A stretch of 64,000 nucleotides of DNA from assembly GCA_040219555.1 (NCBI GenBank), contig JAVJSF010000013.1, positions 55,507 through 119,506 on the forward strand. Reading direction: 5' to 3'. Of the stretch, positions 19,115 to 28,422 are shown piece by piece (the first letter of the stretch is position 1; every line of letters begins with the position of its first letter). The DNA is from Miltoncostaeaceae bacterium (GTDB lineage Bacteria; Actinomycetota; Thermoleophilia; Miltoncostaeales; Miltoncostaeaceae). The position numbers and the translations under genes are program-made. The notes beneath the pieces are model-generated. The model searched no databases, was not told where the DNA came from, and was given only the letters and a program-made list of their open reading frames with translations.

Positions 19115-21019
19115 ATGATCACGGTGCACCTTCCCGACGGAACCCCGCTCGAGCTGCCCGACGGGGCCACCGGGCACGATGCCGCGGCCGCCATCGGCCC
19201 GGGGCTGGCCCGCGCCGCCCTCGCGGTGAGGGTGGGCGATGAGATGCGCGACCTCGCGCGACCCCTGGCCGACGGCGAGTCGATCTCCATCGTCACGCCC
19301 AAGAGTGGCGACGACTACCTCTATGTGATGCGCCACTCGGCGGCCCACGCGCTGGCCGAGGCCGTCCAGTCGGTGGTCCCGGGCGCCAAGTTCGGCTTCG
19401 GCCCGCCCATCGCGGACGGCTTCTACTACGACTTCGACCTCCCGCGGCCGCTGACCGAGGACGACTTCCCGGCCATCGAGGCCGAGATGCGCCGGATCGT
19501 GAAGGGGAAGGCCACCTTCGAGCGCACGGTGATGTCCATCGCCGAGGCCGAGGAGTTCTTCTCGCGCCGGGAGGATCCCTACAAGGTCGACCAGGTGCAG
19601 GAACTGGCCCGCCTGGGCGAGACCGAGGTGTCGATCTACCGCCAGAACGACTTCATCGACCTCTGCCGCGGCCCCCACCTCCCGCACACCGGCAAGATCG
19701 GCGCGGTGAAGGTGATGTCGCTGGCCGGCGCCTACTGGCGCGGCAGCGAGAAGAACCCCCAGCTCACCCGCGTGTACGCCACGGCGTTCCCCACCTCGGC
19801 GGAGCTGGAGGCCCACCTCGAGCGGCTCGAGCAGGCGCGCGCCCGCGACCACCGCCGGGTGGGGCGCGATCTGGACCTGTTCCACTTCGACGACGCCGGC
19901 CCCGGCTTCCCGTTCTTCCTGCCGCGCGGGATGGTCGTGGTGAACGGCATCAAGAGCGCGGTGCGCACCGAGCTCGATCGCATGGAGTACGACGAGGTCC
20001 AGACGCCGGTGTTGCTGTCCGACCAGTTGTGGCGCGACAGCGGGCACTACGAGCACTACAAGGACAACATGTACTTCACGGAGGTCGACGGGCAGGGCTT
20101 CGCGGTGAAGCCCATGAACTGCCCCGGGGCCTGCCTGATCTACCGCAGCCGCCGCCACAGCTACCGCGAGCTGCCGCTGCGCCTGGCCGAGTTCGGCCAC
20201 GTCCACCGCCATGAGCTGTCGGGCGCCCTGCACGGCCTCTTCCGGGTGCGCGCCTTCACCCAGGACGACGCCCACGTGTTCTGCCGGATGGACCAGGTGC
20301 AGGACGAGGTGCGCGGCGTTCTGGAGATGGTGGAGCGCTTCTACGCGCGGTTCGGCTTCGCCGACGTGCGCCTGTTCCTGTCGACCAGGCCCGAGAAGGC
20401 CGCCGGCGCGCCGGAGATGTGGGAGGGGGCCGAGGAGGCGCTGCGCAACGCCCTGGGCGACCGCGACTACGGCATCAAGGAGGGCGACGGCGCCTTCTAC
20501 GGGCCGAAGATCGACTTCCAGGTCACCGACACCATGGGCCGCTCCTGGCAGCTCGGCACCTGCCAGCTCGACTTCTACATGCCGGAGCGATTCGACCTCT
20601 GGTACACGAACGCGGACGACCAGGAGGAGCGCCCGGTGATGATCCACCGGGCCATCACCGGGTCCATCGAGCGCTTCCTCGGCATCCTGATCGAGGACAG
20701 CGGCGGGGACTTCCCCTTCTGGCTGGCCCCCGAGCAGGTCCGGATCCTCCCCATCAGCGACCGCCACCATGGGTACGCCGCCACGGTGCGCGCTGCGCTG
20801 CGCAGCGCCGGCCTGCGCGCCGAGGTGGACGGGCGTTCCGAGTCGGTGGGGAAGCGCATCCGCGAGGGTGAGCTGGGGAAGGTGCCCTACCTGCTGGTGG
20901 CAGGCGACCGCGAGGCCGAGGCCGGCTCCGTGGCGGTGCGGGCGCGCCACGGGGGAGACGAGGGCGTGGTGCGGCTGGACGACCTGGTGGTCCGCCTGCG
21001 CGCCGAGGCGGCGGGGTAG
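19115..21019 (+). CDS. thrS: Threonine--tRNA ligase
   Basis: MITVHLPDGT (TGS domain). MRHSAAHALA (editing domain). Class II core: FRVRAFTQDDAHVF, MGRSWQLGTCQLDF, HRAITGSIERF. Anticodon-binding C-terminus. Confidence 0.95.
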   Translation: MITVHLPDGTPLELPDGATGHDAAAAIGPGLARAALAVRVGDEMRDLARPLADGESISIVTPKSGDDYLYVMRHSAAHALAEAVQSVVPGAKFGFGPPIADGFYYDFDLPRPLTEDDFPAIEAEMRRIVKGKATFERTVMSIAEAEEFFSRREDPYKVDQVQELARLGETEVSIYRQNDFIDLCRGPHLPHTGKIGAVKVMSLAGAYWRGSEKNPQLTRVYATAFPTSAELEAHLERLEQARARDHRRVGRDLDLFHFDDAGPGFPFFLPRGMVVVNGIKSAVRTELDRMEYDEVQTPVLLSDQLWRDSGHYEHYKDNMYFTEVDGQGFAVKPMNCPGACLIYRSRRHSYRELPLRLAEFGHVHRHELSGALHGLFRVRAFTQDDAHVFCRMDQVQDEVRGVLEMVERFYARFGFADVRLFLSTRPEKAAGAPEMWEGAEEALRNALGDRDYGIKEGDGAFYGPKIDFQVTDTMGRSWQLGTCQLDFYMPERFDLWYTNADDQEERPVMIHRAITGSIERFLGILIEDSGGDFPFWLAPEQVRILPISDRHHGYAATVRAALRSAGLRAEVDGRSESVGKRIREGELGKVPYLLVAGDREAEAGSVAVRARHGGDEGVVRLDDLVVRLRAEAAG

Positions 21020-21021
21020 CG

Positions 21022-21390
21022 GTGCGCGTCAACTGGATCGGTGTCCGCAACGCCGCGATCATCGCCGGCCTGGCCGGGCTGGTGTTCGTCTCCCAAGAGG
21101 GCTTCGGCGACGCGGCCGGGTCGATCAACCTCATCCTCTCGCTCCTGTTCGTGGCGGCGATCATCTTCTTCGCCTACACCTACTTCCGCCAGAACACGCT
21201 GGCCTGGCTGGTGCTCAAGCCGTGGCAGAGGATCGTCATCGTGCTGTGCGGTGTCGGCATCGTGGCGCTGCTGCTGGTGGGCTTCCCGTTGCTGGGTGAC
21301 CGGCTCACCCCACTCGGGGTCCTGGCGCTCGTCGCTGTCCTGGTGCTGATCATCGTCTGGGTCGTGCGCGAGAGCCGCCGCTTCCGCTGA
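21022..21390 (+). CDS. Hypothetical membrane protein (about 4 TM)
   Basis: 122-aa ORF starting at GTG 2 nt after the thrS stop. Strongly hydrophobic with high GC3. Confidence 0.6.
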   Translation: MRVNWIGVRNAAIIAGLAGLVFVSQEGFGDAAGSINLILSLLFVAAIIFFAYTYFRQNTLAWLVLKPWQRIVIVLCGVGIVALLLVGFPLLGDRLTPLGVLALVAVLVLIIVWVVRESRRFR

Positions 21391-21502
21391 TCGGCTGGCC
21401 GCGATGGTGAGGGTTCTCCATACGGCGTTATGCTCGGCGGATCGGCGCCGATGAGATGACGCTGGCGCGTCTGCGCTCAGCGGTACATCGGGAGCGTGGC
21501 GC

Positions 21503-23179
21503 GTGGGCGCAGAGGGATCACAGACCGCAGGCGGTGGCCGCCCCGACGGCGGTGGCCTCGCGGGTTTGGGACTGGACGCGCTCGCCCGGCACGCGGTGGG
21601 CGTGATGCGCGCGGCCGGCGCCGAGATGGCGGCGCTGGTGCGCTTCGACGGTGACGCCCTGGTGGATGTGGAGCGTGGCCAGGGCGCGCCCGTCTGTGGC
21701 GACGAGTCGCGCTCGCGCGAGTGCATGGACGTGATCGAGGCGGTGCGGGCCGGGGCGCCCGCGGCCCGCTCGGGCCACGCCGTGGCCAGGCGGGTCCTGC
21801 GCGACGGGAGTCCGTGGGGTGCGGTGGCGGGCGCGGTGCCCGCCGGCCGGCCGGCGGCTCTGGGTGCGCTCGAGGCGGTGCAGACGGAGCTGGCCGGTCT
21901 GGTGGAGGCGCACCTGCAGGTGGAGCACGCGCGCAACGTCGCGGAGCGACGCTCGCACATGATCCTCGACTCGATCGCGGACGGGGTCTACGGCGTCGAC
22001 CTCGACGGGCGCGCGACCTTCATCAACCCCGCCGGCGCCGCGATGCTCGGCCGCGGACGGGAGCGGTTCATCGGCCGTCACACCCACCCGCTCGTGCACC
22101 ACAGCCACGCCGACGGCACGCCGTACCCGGCGAGCGAGTGCATGATGATGGCCGCCGTGCGCGCCGGCGTGGAGAGCTACCGCGAGGACGAGGTGTTCTG
22201 GCGCCCGGACGGCACCTGCTTCCCGGTGGCCTACACCACCACGCCGCTGCGCGACGGCGCCGCGCTGGTGGGCGCCGTGGTGACGTTCCGCGACATCACC
22301 GAGCGCCGCCGCACCGATCGTCGCCTGCGGGCCAGCGAGGAGCGTTTCCGCACCCTCACCCGCCACGCGCCGGTGGGCATCTTCCAGGCCGACGTCCACG
22401 GCGGGTTCACCTTCGTGAGTGAGCGGTGGTGCGCCATCACCGGCCGGCCCGCTGAGCTTGCGCTGGGCGACGGGTGGCTGGACGCGGTGCACCCCGACGA
22501 CGTGGATGAGGTGGCGTCGGCCTGGCGCGCGGCCGTCGCGGACGAGCGTCCGCTGGCCGCGGAACACCGCTATCGCGGCGAGGAGGATCCGCCCGTATGG
22601 GTGCTGTTCGACGCCGTGCCCCTGCGTGGGGACGAGGGCGGCCTGACCGGATTCATCGGCACCATCACCGACATCAGCTCGCGCCGGGACGCGGAGCGCC
22701 AGGCGCGCACCGACGTCCTGACCGGTCTGGCCAACCGGCGGGCCTTCATCGAGGCCCTGGGGGCCGAGATCGGGCGGGCGACCCGCCTCGAGGAGCCGCT
22801 GGCGCTGGTGATGCTCGACCTCGACCGCTTCAAGGACGTGAACGACACCCACGGCCACGTGGTGGGCGACCGGGTGCTCACCGAGACCGCGGACCGCCTG
22901 CGCGGGGTGGCACGCGAGCACGACACGCTGGCGCGGATCGGGGGCGAGGAGTTCGCCTGGCTGCTGCCCGACACCGGGCCCGACGGGGCGCTGGCGGCCG
23001 CCGAGCGCGCGCGGTTGGCCGTCCGGGGGGAGCCCTACGAGGTGGCCGGGCTCCTGACGATCTCGGCCGGCGTGGCCGCAGGCATGGGGGAGGCGCTGGC
23101 GGGAGAGGAGTTGATGGCCCGCGCCGACGAGGCGCTCTACCGGGCAAAGCGCGGGGGACGCGACGCGGTGGCCGGCTGA
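21503..23179 (+). CDS. Diguanylate cyclase with N-terminal sensor region, two PAS/PAC domains and GGDEF
   Basis: ILDSIADGVYGVDLDGRATFINPAG (PAS). FRTLTRHAPVGIFQAD (PAS). DLDRFKDVNDTHGHVVGD and RIGGEEFAWLL (GGDEF). GGGAG lies 8 nt before GTG 21503. Confidence 0.85.
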   Translation: MGAEGSQTAGGGRPDGGGLAGLGLDALARHAVGVMRAAGAEMAALVRFDGDALVDVERGQGAPVCGDESRSRECMDVIEAVRAGAPAARSGHAVARRVLRDGSPWGAVAGAVPAGRPAALGALEAVQTELAGLVEAHLQVEHARNVAERRSHMILDSIADGVYGVDLDGRATFINPAGAAMLGRGRERFIGRHTHPLVHHSHADGTPYPASECMMMAAVRAGVESYREDEVFWRPDGTCFPVAYTTTPLRDGAALVGAVVTFRDITERRRTDRRLRASEERFRTLTRHAPVGIFQADVHGGFTFVSERWCAITGRPAELALGDGWLDAVHPDDVDEVASAWRAAVADERPLAAEHRYRGEEDPPVWVLFDAVPLRGDEGGLTGFIGTITDISSRRDAERQARTDVLTGLANRRAFIEALGAEIGRATRLEEPLALVMLDLDRFKDVNDTHGHVVGDRVLTETADRLRGVAREHDTLARIGGEEFAWLLPDTGPDGALAAAERARLAVRGEPYEVAGLLTISAGVAAGMGEALAGEELMARADEALYRAKRGGRDAVAG

Positions 23180-23181
23180 CC

Positions 23182-23205
23182 GGACCGGCTGGGCGGAGCC
23201 GGTCC
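23182..23205 (+). terminator. Hairpin GGACCGGCT-GGGCGG-AGCCGGTCC 2 nt after the diguanylate cyclase stop
   Basis: Perfect 9-bp stem with a 6-nt loop. No clear U-tract. Confidence 0.45.
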
Positions 23206-23304
23206 CCGCTCGCCATCATGTGGCGCCGCCGGAGTTGGTGCCGATTGACACGCGCCGGGACCGGTGGGAGGCTTACACGGTAAACCGCCGCCCAGGAGCG
23301 CCCC

Positions 23305-24330
23305 ATGTCCGACGCACCGCCCGCCGCCGCGGAGATCCCCGACATCCCGGTCCTGCAGGCGCTGGGCGACCGGCGCAGCATCCGCTACTTCGACGCCTCG
23401 CGCACCGTCGAGCGCTGGAAGATCGAGACGATGCTGCAGGCGGCCCGCTTCTCGTCGTGTCAGGGCAACATCAACTGCACCGAGGCCATCGTCGTCACCA
23501 AGGACTCGGAGCTCTGGGACGACGTCGAGGAGTGCGTCTCGGGCTTCAACGTCCAGATCATCAACCAGGCCTCGCACCTGATCCTCTGGCTCACGAACCT
23601 GAACGCGTGGTACGGACGGGCCGTGGACGGCATCTCGACGGTCTCGATCTCGGGCGCGACCACCAAGTACCACGGGTGGAACTACGAGTTCTCGATGACC
23701 CAGACCATCCCGCGCCTCATGAGCTTCCCGACCGAGCGCACGGAGAACCTGCTGCGCTTCGAGACCGGTCAGGCCGTGGCCAACGCGATGTCCGCCGGCG
23801 TCGGCGTGGGCGTGGGCAACATCCTGATCGCCTTCGGCCGCAAGCCCGGCGGCATCGAGAAGGCCTTCGGCCTGCCGCCGCACTACCGGTTCACCTGGGG
23901 CCACGCGGTGGGATACCCGCTGGAGAACCCGAACGCCGGCGGTCAGCGCCCGCGGCTGAAGTTCGCGAAGCTCTTCCATGACAACGAGTTCGGCGTGCCG
24001 TTCGAGAGCGACCCCGACACCGCCGCGATGCTCCGCCAGAAGGGCCTCATCCAGGAGCAGGCGCCGCTGCCCGGCCGCATCGAGGAGGTGCAGCGCATCG
24101 CCGTCGAGCACGGGCGCGACCCGGGGATGCTGTTCTTCCCCAAGCGCGAGATCGAGCGCCTGATGGCCGACGACGACTGGGACTTCGAAGAGAACTGGAT
24201 CAACTACGCCAAGGAGGTCATCGCCACCCAGGACCTCCCGGACTACCCGGATGAGATGCGCGAGACCTTCACGCGCCTGATGGCCGAGCACGGCATCGAC
24301 GCCGGCAAGTTCCTGCCGGCCGAGGACTAG
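23305..24330 (+). CDS. Nitroreductase-fold protein with a roughly 120-aa acidic/aromatic C-terminal extension
   Basis: AGGAG 7 nt before the ATG. ALGDRRSIRYFD...IETMLQAARFSSCQGN...EAIVV resembles the nitroreductase N-terminus but is divergent. At 341 aa it is long for the family. Confidence 0.7.
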   Translation: MSDAPPAAAEIPDIPVLQALGDRRSIRYFDASRTVERWKIETMLQAARFSSCQGNINCTEAIVVTKDSELWDDVEECVSGFNVQIINQASHLILWLTNLNAWYGRAVDGISTVSISGATTKYHGWNYEFSMTQTIPRLMSFPTERTENLLRFETGQAVANAMSAGVGVGVGNILIAFGRKPGGIEKAFGLPPHYRFTWGHAVGYPLENPNAGGQRPRLKFAKLFHDNEFGVPFESDPDTAAMLRQKGLIQEQAPLPGRIEEVQRIAVEHGRDPGMLFFPKREIERLMADDDWDFEENWINYAKEVIATQDLPDYPDEMRETFTRLMAEHGIDAGKFLPAED

Positions 24331-24341
24331 AGGGGGCCGGC

Positions 24342-25157
24342 GTGGGCTACGAGGACATCCTGGTGGAGACCGCCGGCGGGCGCTGCACCATCACCATCAA
24401 CCGCCCGGACCGGCTCAACGCCTTCCGCGGGCAGACGATGGTCGAGCTGTGCGAGGCCTTCGAGGCGGCCGCGGACGACGAGTCGGTGGGGGTGATCGTC
24501 TTCACCGGCGCCGGCGAGCGCGCCTTCTGCGTGGGCGGCGACGTGCTGGAGCCCACCCGCACCATGCGCGAGAAGCGCGCCGGGCACATCATCGGCCCGC
24601 GCCTGGCCGCGGCGATGCGCAACAACGGCAAGCCGATCATCTGCCGGGTGCGCGGCTACTGCATCGGCGGCGGCAACGAGCTGAACATGATCTCGGACCT
24701 CACCATCACCGACAGCACGGGCCGCTTCGGCCAGGCGGGGCCCAAGATCGGCTCGGCCCCGCTGTGGTGGGGCTGCCAGTACATCCCGGCGGTCGTGGGG
24801 GAGAAGAAGGCGCGCGAGGTGCTGTTTCTCACCCGTCAGTACAGCGCCGAGGAGGCGCTGGAGATGGGGCTGGTGAACCGGGTGGTGGCGCCCGAGGACC
24901 TCGATGCCGAGGTGGACGCCTGGTGCACCGACATCCTGCGCCGGTCGCCCCAGGGGCTTCGGCTGGCGAAGATCGCCCTCAACGCCGCGACCGAGCACCT
25001 GCACGGGTCGGTGAACCACGGCATGGAGTTGATGGCGCTGAACCACGTGTTCGGCGACGAGCCCAAGGAGGGCATCCGTGCCTTCCAGGAGAAGCGGGCC
25101 ATCGACTGGCGGCCGTTCCGGGCCGGCCAGGGCCCCGAGCCGGAGGAGCGGCGTTGA
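24342..25157 (+). CDS. Crotonase-superfamily enzyme, MenB/BadI-like (enoyl-CoA hydratase/hydrolase family)
   Basis: ITINRPDRLNAF, VIVFTGAGERAFCVGGD, GYCIGGGNELNMISDLTI, FGQAGPKIGS, GEKKAREVLFLTRQYSAEEALEMGLVNRVV, EGIRAFQEKR. Confidence 0.88.
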   Translation: MGYEDILVETAGGRCTITINRPDRLNAFRGQTMVELCEAFEAAADDESVGVIVFTGAGERAFCVGGDVLEPTRTMREKRAGHIIGPRLAAAMRNNGKPIICRVRGYCIGGGNELNMISDLTITDSTGRFGQAGPKIGSAPLWWGCQYIPAVVGEKKAREVLFLTRQYSAEEALEMGLVNRVVAPEDLDAEVDAWCTDILRRSPQGLRLAKIALNAATEHLHGSVNHGMELMALNHVFGDEPKEGIRAFQEKRAIDWRPFRAGQGPEPEERR

Positions 25158-26818
25158 GCCCCGAGTGGACCGACTGGTACGCGCGTGAGGACCCCCGCGA
25201 GTGGGTGCTGCCGCGCATCCTGGACCGGCGGGCCCAGGAGCACCCGGACCGGCCCTACCTGCGCTTCGAGGACGGGCCGTGGCGCACCTACGGGGAGGTG
25301 GCCGCGCGGGCGAACCGGATGGCCGGCGGCCTGATCGCGCGCGGGGTGGAGCCCGGCGAGTCGGTGAGCGTCATGCTCCCCAACTGCGAGGAGTTCGTGC
25401 CGGTCTGGTACGGGATCCTGGGCGCGGGCGGCGTGATGAGCTCCATCAACACGGCCTACAAGGGCGACTTCCTCACCTGGACGGTCAACCTGGTCGAGTC
25501 GCGGGTCCTGGTGATCAGCGACGAGTACCTCGACCGCCTCGAGCTCGTGGCGAAGGACCTCACGCACCTGCGCCGCGTGATCGTGTGGTCCTCGGGCCGG
25601 CGCGCCGGCGACGAACCCGCGGGGCTCGAGTGCGAGCCGCTGGAGGCGGTGGAGGAGGGTGGCTCCGACGCGCTGCCGGCCGTCGAGCACTCCTGGACCG
25701 ACGACGCGCGGATCATGTTCACCTCGGGCACCACCGGCCGCTCGAAGGGCGTCATCAAGCAGCACGCGGCCGACTACTTCTCGGCGCGGTCGTCGATCGA
25801 GGCCATGCGCGTGCGTCGCGGCGTCTCCATGGAGGACCTGGCCGACGAGGTCTACTTCTCGTGCCTGCCGCTCTTCCACAGCAACGCCCAGGTGCTGTGC
25901 GCCTACCCGGCGCTGCTGGCCGGCGCGCGGGTGGCGTTCGTGGAGCGCTTCTCCACCACGCGCTTCTGGGAGCAGGTGATCGCCGCGGAGGCCACCACCT
26001 TCAACTCCATCGGGGCGATGATCTACTTCCTCTGGAACGCCCCGCCGTCGGATCTCGACCGGGCCCATCGCGTGCACTCGGTCATGGCCGCGCCGGCGCC
26101 CAAGGACGTCTACGAGGCCTTCGAGGAGCGCTTCGGCATCACCTTCGGCGAGGGCTACGGGCTCACCGAGACCGGCGTCGCGACGATGATGGACCCCACC
26201 CGACCGCCGCGCCTGGGCTCGTGCGGGGTGGCCAACCCCGGCTATGAGGTCTCGATCGTGGAGCCGGGTACCGACCGGCCGTTGCCCGCGGGGGAGGCCG
26301 GCGAGATCGTGGTCGATCAGCGGATCCCCAACATCATCATGCGGGCCTACTACGGCATGCCCGAGAAGACCGCCGACGACTTCCGCAACCTCAAGCTGCA
26401 CACCGGCGACCTGGGCCGCATGGACGACGACGGCTACGTGTACTTCATGGACCGCGTGAAGGACTACATCCGCCGCCGGGGCGAGAACGTGTCGTCGATG
26501 GAGGTGGAGAAGCAGGTCAACTCGCACCCCGGGGTGCGCGAGTGCGCGGCGATCGCGGTGAAGGCCGGCGAGGGTGCCTCCTCCGAGGACGAGATCATGG
26601 TGGTGCTGGTCGCCGAGGGCGCCGCGCCGGACATGGCCGAGCTGACCCTCTGGCTGGCCGAGCGCATGCCGTACTTCATGGTGCCGCGCTACCTGCGCGC
26701 CGTGGAAGCGCTGCCGAAGACCCCCACCGAGCGCGTCCAGAAGGTCAAGCTGCGCGAGGAGGGCATCACCGCCGACACCTGGGACCGCGAGGCGGCCGGC
26801 GTGCGGGTGAGCCGGTGA
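25154..26818 (+). CDS. AMP-dependent synthetase/ligase (acyl-/aryl-CoA ligase)
   Basis: Proposed TTG start 25154 (TTGA overlap with the crotonase stop; start uncertain). MFTSGTTGRSKGV (AMP-binding motif), GEGYGLTETG, TGDLGRMDDDGYVYFMDRVKDYIRRRGENV, PKTPTERVQK. Confidence 0.85.
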   Translation: MSPEWTDWYAREDPREWVLPRILDRRAQEHPDRPYLRFEDGPWRTYGEVAARANRMAGGLIARGVEPGESVSVMLPNCEEFVPVWYGILGAGGVMSSINTAYKGDFLTWTVNLVESRVLVISDEYLDRLELVAKDLTHLRRVIVWSSGRRAGDEPAGLECEPLEAVEEGGSDALPAVEHSWTDDARIMFTSGTTGRSKGVIKQHAADYFSARSSIEAMRVRRGVSMEDLADEVYFSCLPLFHSNAQVLCAYPALLAGARVAFVERFSTTRFWEQVIAAEATTFNSIGAMIYFLWNAPPSDLDRAHRVHSVMAAPAPKDVYEAFEERFGITFGEGYGLTETGVATMMDPTRPPRLGSCGVANPGYEVSIVEPGTDRPLPAGEAGEIVVDQRIPNIIMRAYYGMPEKTADDFRNLKLHTGDLGRMDDDGYVYFMDRVKDYIRRRGENVSSMEVEKQVNSHPGVRECAAIAVKAGEGASSEDEIMVVLVAEGAAPDMAELTLWLAERMPYFMVPRYLRAVEALPKTPTERVQKVKLREEGITADTWDREAAGVRVSR

Positions 26819-27366
26819 GCGAGGCCGCCCGTGAGGCCCTGGCGGCGCTGCGGGTGGTGGAGCACGCGCTGACCGAGCGCCACCCGGAGGGGCCCCGCCC
26901 GCATCCGCTGTCCGGCCGGCCCGACGCGCCGGCGGCAGCGGTGTTCCGCCACGGCGACGCGCTCTCGCTGATCTCCCTCGACGTGCGCGGCGAGGGTCCG
27001 GGGGAGTGGTCGCTGGGAGCCACCGCGGTGCTGGCGCTGGCTGGGGCCGAGATCGACGCGGCGCTGGAATGGGTGAACGAGCGCAACCGGCGGCTGTCGG
27101 TGGGCAAGTACTACTGCGCCCACTCGCGCGAGGCCGGCGTGGCGGCGATCGCCTATGACACCTGGGTCCAGGGGGCGGCCTTCGGCGCCTGCTCCGGGGC
27201 CGACGAGGCCGGCGGGCGACTCGCCACGGTGCTGCTGGCGATGGTGGCCAACGTGCTCGACACCGGCGCGGCCGAGGCCGCCCAGGCCGCGGCGGCCATC
27301 GGCGGGCGCCCGCCCGGCGACTCGGAGGCCGACCGCCAGGCGCTGCTGGTGATCGCGCTGGGCTAG
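26815..27366 (+). CDS. Hypothetical protein, possibly YbjN-like
   Basis: GTG 26815 in a GTGA overlap with the ligase stop. 183 aa with high GC3. Only a weak resemblance to YbjN-type proteins (WVNERNRRLSVGKYYC). Confidence 0.5.
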   Translation: MSEAAREALAALRVVEHALTERHPEGPRPHPLSGRPDAPAAAVFRHGDALSLISLDVRGEGPGEWSLGATAVLALAGAEIDAALEWVNERNRRLSVGKYYCAHSREAGVAAIAYDTWVQGAAFGACSGADEAGGRLATVLLAMVANVLDTGAAEAAQAAAAIGGRPPGDSEADRQALLVIALG

Positions 27367-27424
27367 TTGCGAACGAGTATGCGCGTACCCGCGAAAGGTC
27401 CGGGGCGCGTGCCAGATTGATCGC

Positions 27425-27664
27425 ATGATGACACCGACGGGCCGCGCGGCCGCTCGCCGGCTCGGACTCTCGCACCGTGAGGTGGAGGTGGTCGAGCATC
27501 TGATGGCCGGCCGCGACACCTCCGAGATCGCCGAGCGTCTGCACCTGGAGCCGCAGACCATCCGCAACATCACCCATCGGATCGGACGCAAGCTCGGTGT
27601 CTCCGGCCGGCTGCGCATCGTCGCCCGCGCCCACGAACTGGACGCCGGCACGCGGGAGGGCTGA
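27425..27664 (+). CDS. Small LuxR/GerE-type HTH transcriptional regulator
   Basis: 79 aa. LSHREVEVVEHLMAGRDTSEIAERLHLEPQTIRNITHRIGRKLGV is a canonical GerE HTH. Confidence 0.8.
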   Translation: MMTPTGRAAARRLGLSHREVEVVEHLMAGRDTSEIAERLHLEPQTIRNITHRIGRKLGVSGRLRIVARAHELDAGTREG

Positions 27665-27766
27665 GCGCGAGCGCCGTCGGGCGCGCGGTCCGCGCGTCAC
27701 GGGTGTCCGGTCGGGGCCGTGGCACCACCGGCACGTCGGTTGCGCCACCCGTGACATCGGCCGGCC

Positions 27767-27772
27767 TACCGT
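27767..27772 (+). promoter_or_regulatory. -10-like TACCGT 6 nt upstream of the first tadE-like ATG
   Basis: TANNNT with no SD sequence. Confidence 0.4.
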
Positions 27773-27778
27773 CGGTGC

Positions 27779-28132
27779 ATGCCCCGCCCGCTCACCCGCT
27801 CCGCGAGCTCCGGCCAAGCGGCCGTCGAGCTCCTGGCCCTGGTACCGGCGGTGGCGGTGCTCGCCCTGGTCGGCTGGCAGATCGTCGTCGGCGCGCATGC
27901 CTGGCTGCACGCGGCCGGGGCCGCGCGCGCCGGCGAGCGCGGGGCGCTGGTGGGCGCCGATCCCGCGGAGGCGGCGCGCGCGGCGGTGCCCGAGGGCTGG
28001 GGTCGCCGGCTGGCGATCACGCCGGCGGCGGGTGAGCGGCCACTGCGGGTGCATGTTCGTATCCCCGCCGTCCTGCCCGGCCTACCGCCCACTCGTCCGG
28101 TGGTCGCTGCGCCGCGCGGGCAGCGCCCGTGA
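27779..28132 (+). CDS. TadE-like pseudopilin family protein
   Basis: N-terminus SSGQAAVELLALVPAVAVLALVGWQIV matches the TadE signature: G-Q/S-A-A-V-E followed by a hydrophobic helix. Confidence 0.75.
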   Translation: MPRPLTRSASSGQAAVELLALVPAVAVLALVGWQIVVGAHAWLHAAGAARAGERGALVGADPAEAARAAVPEGWGRRLAITPAAGERPLRVHVRIPAVLPGLPPTRPVVAAPRGQRP

Positions 28133-28422
28133 CCCCCGCGGGCACCCGGCGCCGGCGCGGCCGGCCCGGGGCGCGCGGCCAGGCCGCCGTCGAGGTCCTC
28201 GCGGCGGTGCCCGCCGTGCTGCTGGCGGCACTCCTCGCCTGGCAACTGGTCGCTGTCGTCGGGGCGGGGCTGCGGGCCCAGGACATCGCGCGCGAGCGCG
28301 CGATGTCGGTGCCCGCGTCTGCGCCGGCCGTCACCGTGACGGTCCGCGAGCGGGTCACGGTGGTCCTGCCCGGGCTCGGGCGCATCGAGGTCCCCGCGGT
28401 GGCCGTGGGGGGCCGCCCGTGA
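28129..28422 (+). CDS. TadE-like pseudopilin family protein
   Basis: GTG 28129 (GTGA overlap). ARGQAAVEVLAAVPAVLLAALLAWQLV. Confidence 0.7.
   Translation: MTPAGTRRRRGRPGARGQAAVEVLAAVPAVLLAALLAWQLVAVVGAGLRAQDIARERAMSVPASAPAVTVTVRERVTVVLPGLGRIEVPAVAVGGRP

Noticed and set aside
18653-20950. 765-aa ORF antisense to thrS
   Set aside because: The sense strand encodes an unmistakable ThrRS. The antisense product has no motifs and shows a shadow-frame composition.
24836-28054. 1072-aa minus-strand ORF across the crotonase, CoA ligase, LuxR and TadE region
   Set aside because: It is antisense to four genes with clear family motifs. The product is low-complexity and Arg/Pro-rich. High-GC artefact.
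27597-28418. Long upstream extension of the TadG-like/hydrolase ORF (track start 27597)
   Set aside because: It would overlap the LuxR and both TadE-like genes. GTG 28419 gives the typical GTGA coupling and a TadG-like N-terminus.
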